Below are positions 9,706 through 18,986 of a stretch of 64,000 bases of DNA, in pieces. The stretch covers positions 9,585-73,584 of the IMG/VR virus record IMGVR_UViG_3300021962_000077, one strand, 5' to 3'. Positions within the stretch are counted from its first letter, which is position 1; the number at the start of each line of letters is the position of its first letter. Both the position numbers and the translations under genes were made by a program. The stretch is from a virus. The notes beneath the pieces are model-generated. The model worked only from the letters and a program-made list of their open reading frames with translations, did no database searches and was not told the DNA's origin.

Positions 9706-11967
9706 ATGGTAGAGCCTAGCAATGATTTACAAATGGTTTTTGAAAAAGCCATAAGTGTAGCCAAACAACTTCAGCATGAATATTTGACAATTGAACATTT
9801 GTTATTTGCCATGCTATGCGAAGAAAGTTTTAGTAATTGTATTTCAGGATACGGTGCAGACCCTGAGTACATAAAAAAGAATTTAGAACATTATTTGAAA
9901 AATAAATGTGATGAAATAGTAGGGGCTAGTACAGATGTTAAACCTCGAAAAACACAAACGGTAGAACGTGTATTAAATCGTGCATTTACACAAGTTTTAT
10001 TCAATGGTCGTCAAAAAATTGAACCCACAGATGTTTTTGTTGCTATGATGGCTGAAAAACGTAGTTGGAGTTACTACTACATTCAGCAAGCAGAAATAGA
10101 CAAAGATAAATTTGCCGAATATATCAACAGTGGAATAGAAAGTGACGAAGAAGAACAAGTGCCAGACAATCATGCAGATAAAGCATTAAAAGCATTTACC
10201 ACAAATCTAAACGATGCTGTTAAGAAAAATAAAGTAGATCCAGTAATTGGCAGAATTGAAGAACTGGAAAATATAAGCCTTGCATTGGGTAGACGCAGTA
10301 AGAATAATGTTATTCTTGTTGGAGATCCTGGTGTAGGTAAAACTGCCATTGCAGAAGGTCTAGCATTTAACATTGTTAAAGGTGCAGTTCCAGAATTTCT
10401 TAAAGACTATCAAGTGTTTAATTTAGACATTAGTGCTATGTTAGCAGGTAGCAAATATCGTGGAGATTTCGAAGAAAGATTTAAACTTGTACTAAAAGGC
10501 CTACAAAAGAAAGGTAAAACAGTACTGTTCATTGACGAAGCACACATGATTAGTGGTGCAGGTTCGGCTAGCAATAGTGCTAACGATCTTAGCAATATGA
10601 TGAAACCTGCTCTAAGTAAAGGTAATATCAAAGTAATTGCCAGCACTACTTGGGAAGAATATCGCAAACACTTCGAAAAGGATCGCGCATTGATGCGTCG
10701 ATTCCAACGTATTACTGTAGACGAGCCTACTACAGAAGTTACACTACAGATACTTAAAGGCATCAAAAAATATTATGAACAATTTCATAATACAAAAATT
10801 AAAGATGATGCTCTACAGGCTGCAATTAAACTTAGTGTAAGATATCAAACAGATAAAAAATTACCTGACAAAGCAATCGACTTAATCGACTTGGCTTGCA
10901 GCCGATTTAATCTTAAACTAGCAGATGAAAGAGTGGTAACTGAAAATGAAATTCAATTTGAAATAGCCAAACTTCTTCAAATGCCTGAAGAACAGATCAG
11001 AGAAGCAGAAGATGTAGGCTTAGTAAAATTAGAAGATCAATTATCAGGAGAAGTTTATGGACAAGGCAAAGCAATTACAGAAATTGTTGATAAGATTCTT
11101 GTTGCTAGGGCTGGACTTAAACCAGAAAACAAACCAGTTGGGAGTTTTGTATTCATGGGGCCAACCGGTTGCGGCAAAACAGAAACTGCTAAAGCTCTAA
11201 GTAAACACCTTGGTGTAAAACTTATTAGATTTGATATGAGTGAATATCAAGAAAAACACAGTATAAGTAAACTGATCGGTAGTCCTCCTGGGTATGTTGG
11301 CTTTGAAGAAAATGCCGGTCTGTTAATTACTCAGGTACAAGAGTCACCTAACTGTGTTTTATTATTCGATGAAATTGAAAAATCGCATCCTGATGTGAGT
11401 ACAGTATTATTACAAATGATGGATAACGGATTTGTTACAGGATCAAATGGGAAACGTGCTGATTGCAGAAATGTTATTTTAATTCTGACAACAAATCTTG
11501 GGGCTCAAGAAGCTGAAAAAAATACCATAGGTTTTGGTCGTCAAGAAAAAGATCATGATGATAAAGATCTTAAGAAATTCTTTACTCCAGAGTTCCGTAA
11601 TAGACTCGATGCGATTGTTACATTTAATAAACTAAACAAAGAGACTATGGTTAAAATTATTCATAAGTTTGTTGATGAATTAAAAGATCAAGTCAAAGAT
11701 AAAAGCATACGTGTTAAAATCGACTCTGCTGCTACAGAGTGGTTAATTGAAAAAGGGTTTGACGCTAAGATGGGTGCAAGACCGTTACAGCGTGTTATTG
11801 ATAAAGAAATTAAACGTCCTATGGCTAGGTTAATGCTATTTGGAGATTTAAAACAAGGCGGTAGTTTAAGTATTACTGTTAAAGATGATCAAATTTTCTT
11901 AGTAGCAAAACCAAAAGCAGTTCGGATACCATTATTAACTGTGGAAAAGACAAGTGATACGGTGTAA
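9706..11967 (+). CDS. clpA: ATP-dependent Clp protease ATP-binding subunit ClpA-like
   Basis: Clp N-domain, two AAA modules (GDPGVGKT, GPTGCGKT), IGF loop, GARPLQR. Confidence 0.92.
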   Translation: MVEPSNDLQMVFEKAISVAKQLQHEYLTIEHLLFAMLCEESFSNCISGYGADPEYIKKNLEHYLKNKCDEIVGASTDVKPRKTQTVERVLNRAFTQVLFNGRQKIEPTDVFVAMMAEKRSWSYYYIQQAEIDKDKFAEYINSGIESDEEEQVPDNHADKALKAFTTNLNDAVKKNKVDPVIGRIEELENISLALGRRSKNNVILVGDPGVGKTAIAEGLAFNIVKGAVPEFLKDYQVFNLDISAMLAGSKYRGDFEERFKLVLKGLQKKGKTVLFIDEAHMISGAGSASNSANDLSNMMKPALSKGNIKVIASTTWEEYRKHFEKDRALMRRFQRITVDEPTTEVTLQILKGIKKYYEQFHNTKIKDDALQAAIKLSVRYQTDKKLPDKAIDLIDLACSRFNLKLADERVVTENEIQFEIAKLLQMPEEQIREAEDVGLVKLEDQLSGEVYGQGKAITEIVDKILVARAGLKPENKPVGSFVFMGPTGCGKTETAKALSKHLGVKLIRFDMSEYQEKHSISKLIGSPPGYVGFEENAGLLITQVQESPNCVLLFDEIEKSHPDVSTVLLQMMDNGFVTGSNGKRADCRNVILILTTNLGAQEAEKNTIGFGRQEKDHDDKDLKKFFTPEFRNRLDAIVTFNKLNKETMVKIIHKFVDELKDQVKDKSIRVKIDSAATEWLIEKGFDAKMGARPLQRVIDKEIKRPMARLMLFGDLKQGGSLSITVKDDQIFLVAKPKAVRIPLLTVEKTSDTV

Positions 11968-12589
11968 AGAAACTAAAAAACTGTTCATGGACGAGTATGC
12001 TTACAAGGCAGTATTAGTTGTTCCAGGAGCACACTGGTTTAGATCAAATGATTTGGATGGTGTTAGTAAAAGAATACGTGCCCTAAAACGCGGTGGTAGT
12101 CCCTACAAGTCTGGTTTTATTACTATAAAAAATGAAGATGATCTACAGTATATAGAAAAACTTGTCAAAGTATTAAAGCAGATGACTGACTTTAATATTA
12201 GAGTTGAGATCCCGTTAGTCAGTGTCTATACTAATTTACCAACAGACATTGACAAATTATGTAGTTTAGATTCAGAACGAGTCAAATATATATCTAAACC
12301 TCCTAGCCAAGGACTAGATAAAAATATAGTTGTTATGAATCGTACAGGTTGGGATTTTAAAATAACACTAGGACCAACTAGCCAAAATTACAGTAATTTT
12401 GTCGAATGGGCAGAAAACGGGAAAGATCTTGTTAAATTAACAGGCAGCGCAAAGAGAGCTCTAATGCGTGACTCCCACTGGGGCGGCAGTCATTTTTATG
12501 CTAAAAACGACAAAGCAGTTACTATGACTCGTGTGTTTTTAGGCGATACAATCAGTAGAGTCGATCAAGTAGTTAATCTTAAAGATTAG
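11954..12589 (+). CDS. hypothetical protein
   Basis: 211 aa ORF overlapping the clpA stop. Confidence 0.55.
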   Translation: MIRCKETKKLFMDEYAYKAVLVVPGAHWFRSNDLDGVSKRIRALKRGGSPYKSGFITIKNEDDLQYIEKLVKVLKQMTDFNIRVEIPLVSVYTNLPTDIDKLCSLDSERVKYISKPPSQGLDKNIVVMNRTGWDFKITLGPTSQNYSNFVEWAENGKDLVKLTGSAKRALMRDSHWGGSHFYAKNDKAVTMTRVFLGDTISRVDQVVNLKD

Positions 12590-12645
12590 GAAATATCTGT
12601 ATACTGCGTTTACGATAAATACATTGTAAATGCAGGATATTTCTT
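12590..12645 (+). promoter_or_regulatory. late promoter inside an RBS-sequestering hairpin
   Basis: CTGCGTTTACGA-TAAATAca-TTGTAAATGCAG, with outer arms GAAATATC/GATATTTC. Confidence 0.6.
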
Positions 12646-12993
12646 ATGAAAATAATAGAGCTATTTGAGGACTTTCAACTACCTTCAGAAAAAAAGGACG
12701 ATAAACTACCCTTTGATCTTAAAGACGATTTAGAATTCTTCATGCGAAATGACGATGATTTTTATCGTCGTCACTACTATCCTCACATCATCAAATGTAA
12801 AAACTATATGGAATCAGGCAAAAACCTGGGTCCACGTGCATTTAAAAAACTTGTAAACCACGCTTACGAGTGCTATACTAAAAAATTCCCTGTTCGTCAA
12901 TTACCTGATTCATTAGAAGAAGACATAGTTAACAAGATATGTTCTAAATTGCATAATGAAGAAGTAAAATATATTAAAGAAAAAGTCTATTGA
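12646..12993 (+). CDS. hypothetical protein, putative head-internal
   Basis: Starts MKIIELFE. Confidence 0.55.
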   Translation: MKIIELFEDFQLPSEKKDDKLPFDLKDDLEFFMRNDDDFYRRHYYPHIIKCKNYMESGKNLGPRAFKKLVNHAYECYTKKFPVRQLPDSLEEDIVNKICSKLHNEEVKYIKEKVY

Positions 12994-12994
12994 T

Positions 12995-13726
12995 ATGAAA
13001 CTCAAAGAAGGCGGCAATGTAGTTCCAGGTGCTGTAGAACTTACACGCAAAAATTTTAATACAGCAGTACATAATCTAAAAAAAGTGTTGCCTGACGGTA
13101 TTAATGTATATCCTATTGGATCAGCTGGGCACAAAGAAGTTAGCAGTGACATTGATGCACTTATTGATGCCGGCGAACTTATGGCTGTTTTTCCCGCTAA
13201 AGAATTAAAATTAAGTCGTAAAGCATTAGAAGATTACTTTAAAGAACAAGGCCTGTTTGCTGCTAGAACAGGAGTAAGTATCCACGTTGGTATCCCTACT
13301 GGTGAAGGCGATAGCGTAGTACAAGTAGACTTAATGGCAGTAGAAAATGCTGCCCGCGTACAACCTTTACACACGCATGATTATACCGATCCAACTATGA
13401 AAGGTGGAACCTTACATGGTATGTGGGCAGATCTTGCCAACCTAAGTTCTTTACCCGATCATTCTAGTTTAATGATGAGTCCATATAAAGGTCTAGTAGA
13501 CAGAGAAACTAAAGAATTAATAACACACGACAAAGACGAGATAGCAAAAATTATTATCGGTCCTACTGCCAGTGCAAGCGACATGGGTAATCCTAAAAGA
13601 GTATTAGCCGCGCTACAACAATATCCAGACAAGTATAAAGCAATCAAAGACAAATACTTCCCACAAGAAAGTCTAGGCACAGCCAGTTGGTTTAGACAAA
13701 TGATTAATATTGCGAGCGTAAAATGA
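12995..13726 (+). CDS. Pol-beta-superfamily nucleotidyltransferase-like
   Basis: IGSAG...SSDIDALID...VQVDLM fits hGS-x-DxD plus a third Asp. Confidence 0.6.
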   Translation: MKLKEGGNVVPGAVELTRKNFNTAVHNLKKVLPDGINVYPIGSAGHKEVSSDIDALIDAGELMAVFPAKELKLSRKALEDYFKEQGLFAARTGVSIHVGIPTGEGDSVVQVDLMAVENAARVQPLHTHDYTDPTMKGGTLHGMWADLANLSSLPDHSSLMMSPYKGLVDRETKELITHDKDEIAKIIIGPTASASDMGNPKRVLAALQQYPDKYKAIKDKYFPQESLGTASWFRQMINIASVK

Positions 13727-14874
13727 GACTAAGACAACTGTTTGAAGCTGCGCCTCCGGCTGTTGGTCGTAAATATCAACATATTGAAGATCTTGTTTTC
13801 ACCAATGGTTCAAGTGGTGGCTTGCATGCCATTGAACGTATGCGTCATATGACAGAAGCAGGTGGCAACATTGAATTAAAATGGGATGGCAGTCCTGTTA
13901 TATATTGGGGCAGAGATGAAGCGGGTAGATTTAGTCTAATACCAAAAAATGCTTGGGAATATCTCAAAAGAGGTAAAACAGAAACTAATACTGGTGCCAA
14001 GACAGTAATGAATTCTGCAGAAGATGTTAGAAATTTTATCATGCAGACCGGCAAAGCAGAACCAGGTAGAGAAGCAGAAAGAAAACAGTACGCTAAACAA
14101 CTAGCTGATCTTTGGCATTTGTTTGAACAGGCTAGTCCTGAACGTGGATTTATTGAAGGCGGTCTATTATTCTTTCCTGGTGCGCCAGCTGTACTAAACA
14201 AACAAACACTAGAATGGGATTTCACTCCTAATATTACCAGTTTCCATATACCAAAAGATTCAGAACTAGGTAAACGTATTGGCAAAGCTAAAGTAATGAT
14301 TGCTGCCACTGGCTACTATGAATCACTGGGTAGTAGTGATGAATCACGTTATCCGAACGCAGAAGAATTATCTACACCCACAGTTATTGTGCAAGGTACT
14401 ACCTATGTAGAAGAAGCACCTAATATTCCGCAAGAAGGTCTTGACCGTATAGAAAATTTCATACAAACAAATGCTGCTGCCATTGACGGATTTATTGCAG
14501 GTCAGCCTGGTCTAAGTAAACCAGGTGATGTTCTTTATAAGTTTTACAATCAAAATTTACGAATAGCTGGTGTTAAGCAAAAGTTTATCGATTGGGCTAC
14601 TGCTAATTTGTCAGCAGGACAAGCACAAAAGGTAGTAAAAGATCCTAGACTAAATGTTGTATTAGATGCTGTGGAAATGTTAACTAACGAAAAGATGAAG
14701 ATTATTCAACAGTTAAGTCAAGGTACACATGGAAATATTAGACAGACTAAACCAGAAGGTTATGTGCAAGCGCATCCAGGAGCACGAGCATCTGGAGAAC
14801 CGTTTAAACATGATTTGCCTGGACAGTTTGTCAAGGCTATTGACCAAGCCAATTGGGCTCCAAGGAAAGACTAA
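13723..14874 (+). CDS. ligase-like covalent nucleotidyltransferase-fold protein (KxDG)
   Basis: HIEDL, ELKWDGSP (motif I-like), PEGYV (motif IV-like), FVK (motif V-like). Confidence 0.55.
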   Translation: MRLRQLFEAAPPAVGRKYQHIEDLVFTNGSSGGLHAIERMRHMTEAGGNIELKWDGSPVIYWGRDEAGRFSLIPKNAWEYLKRGKTETNTGAKTVMNSAEDVRNFIMQTGKAEPGREAERKQYAKQLADLWHLFEQASPERGFIEGGLLFFPGAPAVLNKQTLEWDFTPNITSFHIPKDSELGKRIGKAKVMIAATGYYESLGSSDESRYPNAEELSTPTVIVQGTTYVEEAPNIPQEGLDRIENFIQTNAAAIDGFIAGQPGLSKPGDVLYKFYNQNLRIAGVKQKFIDWATANLSAGQAQKVVKDPRLNVVLDAVEMLTNEKMKIIQQLSQGTHGNIRQTKPEGYVQAHPGARASGEPFKHDLPGQFVKAIDQANWAPRKD

Positions 14875-14875
14875 T

Positions 14876-15682
14876 ATGCGTCTAAGAGAATTATTACAAG
14901 AAGATATAGATAGAACAGGCGAAGGTAAAAGTGCAGTTGTAGGCTGGGGGCGTGGTATGGGGCATAAAGGCCATATGTTCTTGGCCAGTAGTGTTATTAC
15001 ACAAGCCAACGATACCGATAGTGATCCATATTTTGTTGTTAGTCGTACTGTTGGCAAAGATGATCCTATTACGCCAGAAGAAAAATTAGCAATTTATAAA
15101 AAAGTATTTCCTAAACACGGTCATATCTTTCAAACAGCTACAGAAGAAATGCCCGACCTTACACGAGTCTTAACTAGATTAAATCAGCATGGGTACACAG
15201 ATGTAACTGTGGTTGTAGGTGCAGATCAAGTTAACGCTCTAAGTTATGTAAAAAATTATAATGGTAAACCTAACAAAGCAGGAGATATTCCGTTTCATTT
15301 TAACACATTAAATGTTATCAGCAGACAAGAAACAAATGATCCAAGCCGCGAACAAGAAGGACCACGTGCTACACCTATGCGAGCTGCTTTAATGGATCCT
15401 ACAAAGTCAGAAGAAGAAAAATTTGCTGTATGGCGTGATGCTATGAGTCCAGAGCTTAGTGACGAAGAAGTTATGGATCTAATGCAGAAAGCACAACAAC
15501 GTATGGCTAGTTTTGAAAAACCTAAAGCGGCAAAGAAAAGTAAAGAAAAAGAAGTAGCAGAAGTTGCACCCAAAGGTTGGGAAGGTACTGTTAAAGCTAT
15601 GAAGAAACACGATGATATTGATAATCCATGGGCACTAGCACATTGGATGAAAAACAAAGGCTATAAAAGTCATAAGAAATGA
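14876..15682 (+). CDS. HxGH-class nucleotidyltransferase (cytidyltransferase-like)
   Basis: VVGWGRGMGHKGH, KDDPIT.EEK, VVVGADQ, RATPMRA; start reassigned to ATG 14876. Confidence 0.65.
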   Translation: MRLRELLQEDIDRTGEGKSAVVGWGRGMGHKGHMFLASSVITQANDTDSDPYFVVSRTVGKDDPITPEEKLAIYKKVFPKHGHIFQTATEEMPDLTRVLTRLNQHGYTDVTVVVGADQVNALSYVKNYNGKPNKAGDIPFHFNTLNVISRQETNDPSREQEGPRATPMRAALMDPTKSEEEKFAVWRDAMSPELSDEEVMDLMQKAQQRMASFEKPKAAKKSKEKEVAEVAPKGWEGTVKAMKKHDDIDNPWALAHWMKNKGYKSHKK

Positions 15683-15966
15683 AACAGTATAGAATTACAT
15701 CAGCCGATATTAATCAAAGTAGCCCAGACGATTGTTATCTTGCACCTGAAGATCCTATACATGAATTAAAAGCCATACAACATCTAGCTGGATTAGGCAG
15801 TGATGCTAGACTACATGAATTGCGTGTCAAACAAGGTAGTAATATATCTGTAACTGGTATGGAAAAAGCAGAGCTAATGCGTAAGCATAATATTAAACCC
15901 GGAACTGACGAATGGTTTAAACTTTGGTTTAGCAAGCCTTATCTTACAGGAGAAAAACCTGTATGA
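15679..15966 (+). CDS. hypothetical protein
   Basis: Start/stop overlaps on both sides; IKPGTDEWFKLWF. Confidence 0.55.
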   Translation: MKQYRITSADINQSSPDDCYLAPEDPIHELKAIQHLAGLGSDARLHELRVKQGSNISVTGMEKAELMRKHNIKPGTDEWFKLWFSKPYLTGEKPV

Positions 15967-17366
15967 AAATTTTAGATATTCTTGAAGACCAAACTGATCA
16001 GCCAGATCTGATACAGGCATTTAAAGATTTCCTGCCGTTGGCAATGAAAGAACTTGATCTTTCTCAACTACCACCTATTAAATTAGAACCAAAAATAGAA
16101 CAAAAAAATCAGCCCACCTTTGGACGGTTTCAAGAAAAGGCACAGGTGATTTATCTTGGTATAAAAAATAGGCATCCTATTGACATACTAAGAACTCTGG
16201 CACACGAGCTTGTACACTATAAACAACTATTAGACGGTAAACTTGGAAGTAAGCACAGTGGTGACACCGGAAGTCCAACTGAGAACGAAGCACATGTAAG
16301 AGCAGGAATTATAATGAGACATTTTGGCAAACAATTTCCTCATTATTTTGATGATCAAGCAGTAGAACTAGACGAAGATGCAAGTGATCGTGAAATACAT
16401 AACTATGAAAAACTAGACAAGATTCTAGTTTTATTATGTAAAATGGTCGTTAAAGGTCAAAAGAAAGACAAAGATTACTATGGTATGGTTGCAGCCTGTG
16501 TTTTAGATCCCGATAATCGCATGGTTGCTAAGGTAAACTATCCTAGAGAAGACGGACTACGTGTTCATGCAGAACGTGCTGCTATGGAAGCATATTATGA
16601 CAAATATGGAGAAATACCCGAAGGTAGTATTGTAGTGACCACACTAAGTCCTTGCAATGAGTTTAGTGACGAAACAGCAGACGGACGTGCGGGTAACAAC
16701 TGTGTAGATCTAATTAATAATAGTCCAATACGTAAAGTCTATTGTGGTTATATGGATCCTAGTCAAGGTGACGAATCACATGCGGAACGTGACTTTAATC
16801 TTATGGAAACTGAAAACGGTAGCATACGTGAACTATGCAAATCTTTTGCAGATACTTTTTTAGACGAAGATCAACATCCAAATGACATACCACGCGGTCC
16901 TGAATTTAAACCTACTATGCCAGCAGGTACTGTTAGAGTAGATGTAAGCGATGTATATGACTGGTATAAGTTAGGTAAAAATATCAGCAACTTAGGTAAT
17001 GCTAAAGCTAGTGATTTTGGTAAGGGACCTCCTAGTACTATTATGGCATTTGGCAGCGAGCCTGAAGAACACAAGTATATTAAGAATCTAAAGAAGTTAG
17101 GATTAGATACTACTGACATAGATCCCCTTGATCCTAAGCAACCTAAAAAAATGCCTCGTCAGAAGGTTGATCCTACTTACAACGTAGGAGAAAATTTTGC
17201 TGATGGTAAAAATCCTGGACGCAAAGGTCTAGCCAAACGCAGCGGTGTTAATACTAAAGCATCAGTAAGTACATTACGCAACGTGGCTAAACACAGCTCG
17301 GGTGAAAAGGCTCGTATGGCACATTGGCTAGCCAACATGAAGGCTGGTAAGGCTAAAAAGAAATGA
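15963..17366 (+). CDS. multidomain protein: HExxH metallopeptidase-like plus cytidine-deaminase-like
   Basis: TLAHELVH...ENEAH; HAERAAM...LSPC...C; basic C-terminal module. Confidence 0.6.
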   Translation: MKILDILEDQTDQPDLIQAFKDFLPLAMKELDLSQLPPIKLEPKIEQKNQPTFGRFQEKAQVIYLGIKNRHPIDILRTLAHELVHYKQLLDGKLGSKHSGDTGSPTENEAHVRAGIIMRHFGKQFPHYFDDQAVELDEDASDREIHNYEKLDKILVLLCKMVVKGQKKDKDYYGMVAACVLDPDNRMVAKVNYPREDGLRVHAERAAMEAYYDKYGEIPEGSIVVTTLSPCNEFSDETADGRAGNNCVDLINNSPIRKVYCGYMDPSQGDESHAERDFNLMETENGSIRELCKSFADTFLDEDQHPNDIPRGPEFKPTMPAGTVRVDVSDVYDWYKLGKNISNLGNAKASDFGKGPPSTIMAFGSEPEEHKYIKNLKKLGLDTTDIDPLDPKQPKKMPRQKVDPTYNVGENFADGKNPGRKGLAKRSGVNTKASVSTLRNVAKHSSGEKARMAHWLANMKAGKAKKK

Positions 17367-17962
17367 CTCTAGTTTATATACATGGTGCAAGTGCTACTAG
17401 CGAAAGTTTTAACTACATTCGCGAGCACATACCCGGAAAAAACATATCTGTTAACTATAACAGTGCCGATGGGTTTGAACATAACCTTAAAGATATGCAG
17501 ACTGCACTAACAGATATAGAAGATATTTTCTTTGTTGCACACAGCCTAGGGGGTATTTACGCATTGCACCTTGCAAATTATATGCCCAATCAAGTTATAG
17601 GTGCTGTAACTCTAAGCACGCCATATGGCGGTGCAGAACATGCAGACTATGCCAAATATTTTTTACCTTTTAGTAGATTACTACGTGATATAGGACCTAG
17701 TAGCTGGCCTATGCGACAAGCAAATAAAATAGAAATACACCATCCTTGGACCAATGTAGTTACTGTGAAAGGATCGGCCCCTTGGATTATAGGCGATAAT
17801 GATGGTGTTGTCACTGTTCGTAGCCAAAAAGAACACGAACACGATATGGAAATTATAGAAGTAAACATTAATCATTACGAAGTAGTGCTAAGTGAACAAG
17901 TTGTTGACATTATTAAAGAACGAATAAATATGCATACGAGTCAAAAATATGAAAATACTTGA
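17363..17962 (+). CDS. alpha/beta hydrolase
   Basis: YIHGA, AHSLGG nucleophile elbow, STPYGG, NDGVV, NHYEV. Confidence 0.85.
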   Translation: MTLVYIHGASATSESFNYIREHIPGKNISVNYNSADGFEHNLKDMQTALTDIEDIFFVAHSLGGIYALHLANYMPNQVIGAVTLSTPYGGAEHADYAKYFLPFSRLLRDIGPSSWPMRQANKIEIHHPWTNVVTVKGSAPWIIGDNDGVVTVRSQKEHEHDMEIIEVNINHYEVVLSEQVVDIIKERINMHTSQKYENT

Positions 17963-18326
17963 AATCATTACGGAAAGCGGTGGAATGAAACCTATACATC
18001 CGCAGCACAAAGCGGCTATTAAAAATGCCACTACTTTTCCATCGATGAATATGAATTCTGGAAGTCAATATTTAGGATATCGTATGGGCATTGCTCTAGC
18101 AGGTGCTCCTGAATATCCCACTAAACAAGAAGCAGATAACTGGATCGGAGGAGATCCTTTACTAGCGCCATATACTGAAGAAGAAAACGAAATGATAAAT
18201 GCCGCTGCCAAACAAGTAGGCGGAGGTAAAAGGCAAACATGGAGTAACAATCGCAGCTTAGAAACTGCGGATGTAAACAAAACAAGTCCTGTGGCTAAAC
18301 GCAAAAAGAACAAATACGGAGTTTAA
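17949..18326 (+). CDS. hypothetical protein, putative head-internal
   Basis: Starts MKILEIITE. Confidence 0.55.
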   Translation: MKILEIITESGGMKPIHPQHKAAIKNATTFPSMNMNSGSQYLGYRMGIALAGAPEYPTKQEADNWIGGDPLLAPYTEEENEMINAAAKQVGGGKRQTWSNNRSLETADVNKTSPVAKRKKNKYGV

Positions 18327-18327
18327 A

Positions 18328-18963
18328 ATGAAGATAACAGATTTATTAAATGAAGAACAGATTGCAGAAATTAGTCTAGGTGATTATCGTAAAAAAGCTA
18401 TGTTAAACAAAGCCATGGCTCAGACAGACAAATTTTTTGGCCGTGACGATCCTGAAAAAGTAGCTCATGCTGATAGAACTATTGCAAAGAGAGAAAAGGG
18501 TCTAGCCCGTGCAGATCATCGTGCAGAGAAAAAATTACAAGCAATGCCAAAACACGAACCAGCTCCTCGTGATCCTGCTGCTGATGCAGAACGATTGGCT
18601 AAAATGAAAGCACGTTTTAGACAGCTAGGCGGAACTAGTTATCAATATGCAGATAGGATGAGTGACGATGATCGTGAAGCACAAGATCTACATCAGGCTA
18701 TTCAACGTTTAGAAAGACACTTAGGAGAAACTGCTAGTGCCGGTGCTACTAGTGCTGCTAGTATTGGTACTGTAGATGCCCCACATATTAGCCCAGGTAA
18801 AGCACGTGGTAAAAAGAGCTATACCGGTAGCCCTAGTACAGGGTCCGGGACAAAAGCACCACCACAGCCTAAGATTATACAGCCTAAAACCAGTTCAGGT
18901 ACTGCTAAGAATGCATTAGATATGAAGGGCGCGAACTTATTCGGCGCACCTATTAAACGATAA
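18328..18963 (+). CDS. hypothetical protein, putative head-internal
   Basis: Starts MKITDLLNE; internal ETASAGATS module. Confidence 0.55.
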   Translation: MKITDLLNEEQIAEISLGDYRKKAMLNKAMAQTDKFFGRDDPEKVAHADRTIAKREKGLARADHRAEKKLQAMPKHEPAPRDPAADAERLAKMKARFRQLGGTSYQYADRMSDDDREAQDLHQAIQRLERHLGETASAGATSAASIGTVDAPHISPGKARGKKSYTGSPSTGSGTKAPPQPKIIQPKTSSGTAKNALDMKGANLFGAPIKR

Positions 18964-18986
18964 ATATACAATAACGGAGATTTACA

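Noticed and set aside
14729-14875. Long N-terminal overlap of the HxGH NTase ORF
   Set aside because: ATG 14876 follows the upstream stop, has an SD and gives the shared MRLRELL leader.
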